Shown here in pieces: positions 62,906-64,000 of a stretch of 64,000 bases of DNA. Numbering within the stretch: the stretch's first letter is position 1; the number at the start of each line of letters is the position of its first letter. The notes under the pieces are model-generated. The model saw only the letters and a list, made by a program, of their open reading frames with translations, made no database searches and was not told the DNA's origin. Source of the stretch: Veleropilina oligotropha (taxonomy: Eukaryota); NCBI GenBank assembly GCA_048128005.1, contig JBEUKZ010000101.1, positions 1 to 64,000 on the forward strand, in the 5' to 3' direction. Made by a program: the position numbers and the translations under genes.

Positions 62906-64000
62906 CTTATTGGGAAAGCAATTGCTGAACAGATACCTCAAGGTAAAGGTGATGCATATATCCCAAGCGCTATTCCAGCTGCATTCGAAGATGGGTACCG
63001 GTACCGGTAATAGATGTTTAAAAACTGCATAAGAAGACTTCTTGGTGATATTGCAAGGATTTGATCATTTGTACTATGCATCATCCACATCTCGCATGTG
63101 TATTAAATTACAACTCATTGACAAAGCTGATACATGTGTACCACATGTTTTCATTTATGAAACGTCATTTAGTTCGAAGATGATTTCAAGCTAAAACGTT
63201 TAACGTCGTTAAATTGCTGTCCGATCGAAGCTCGTACAGCTTACAATTACACATATATGATTGAGTGGGGATCGGCTCAGCACTTTATTCTGTTAACGAT
63301 CTCAGTTTTCCATTTTTCGATGCTGGTGCATTTTCCTATTTGACCGAACTTCCATCTTTCAATAATATGGACTACTCCTATAACATAAGAGGTCTCGCTC
63401 CGTCATCGACCTCTTATCTCCGAAGGCCACTTTATGACGAGCGCGTTCCGCCCGGAATTTCGGCGGAACGTTTAACGCGCAAATTACTCATTAAAATTAC
63501 AATAAAATACAATGAAAATGTCTAGTCATGATAAATGTGCATTTATCTATACATACCTCATAATTTTAGGCAACATTATTGTCAAAATTCATGATTAAGA
63601 TGAATGTGTAGCTGTCAAATTTTAAAACTTCAATTTCATTGATGCGAACGCCATCTGGTGGCCAAAAAATATCACCTCGAAAAATACGGAACGGGACGAA
63701 ATGTGAAATGCGAATATTTACGATATTCTTTGGAGGGTGGGATGGTATTGCATGTGCGTGACCGTTGTGACGCTATGCAGTTTTGCCTGCATGTAAGACG
63801 ACAATAGGGACGTAATTTACTATACATTATTCTTTATACCGTTAATAAAATACAAAGCACTGAGAATATTAGTTTTATGTCATTAATAAATGTTAAAATT
63901 GTATTACATGTAGCATTAATAGGTTCATGTTCCTTATCATAATTATAATAGTTAATTCTACAGAATCGGTAAGTGGAAATCAGAAATCAAAGCCAGCAAT

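Overview
Repeat-dense, AT-rich eukaryotic DNA, probably from an invertebrate animal (inferred from the element types), with no recognisable host gene. The main content is two intact, oppositely oriented copies (2994-19903 and 42331-58214) of a ~16-17 kb endogenous Polinton-like DNA virus. Each has AGCAGC...GCTGCT terminal inverted repeats (TIRs), a 5-bp target-site duplication (TSD), an rve integrase, a packaging ATPase, major and minor capsid proteins and many membrane proteins. In place of a canonical pPolB, each encodes one ~1280-aa fusion of HeH, OTU-like, degenerate PolB, SF1 helicase and HNH domains; no adenain protease is recognisable. Copy 1 interrupts a near-identical tandem array of Penelope-like retroelements (2646-bp unit) that carry minimal variant hammerhead ribozymes. 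Copy 2 is the innermost layer of a nest: tRNA-SINE > hAT element with 5-bp TSD (34199-62704) > [DIRS1 retrotransposon 34343-41741 and non-autonomous TIR element 41898-59167 > virus]. The region 24.5-34 kb holds MITEs, hairpins, tandem repeats and a SINE. All protein calls come from motifs recognised by eye; no searches were run.
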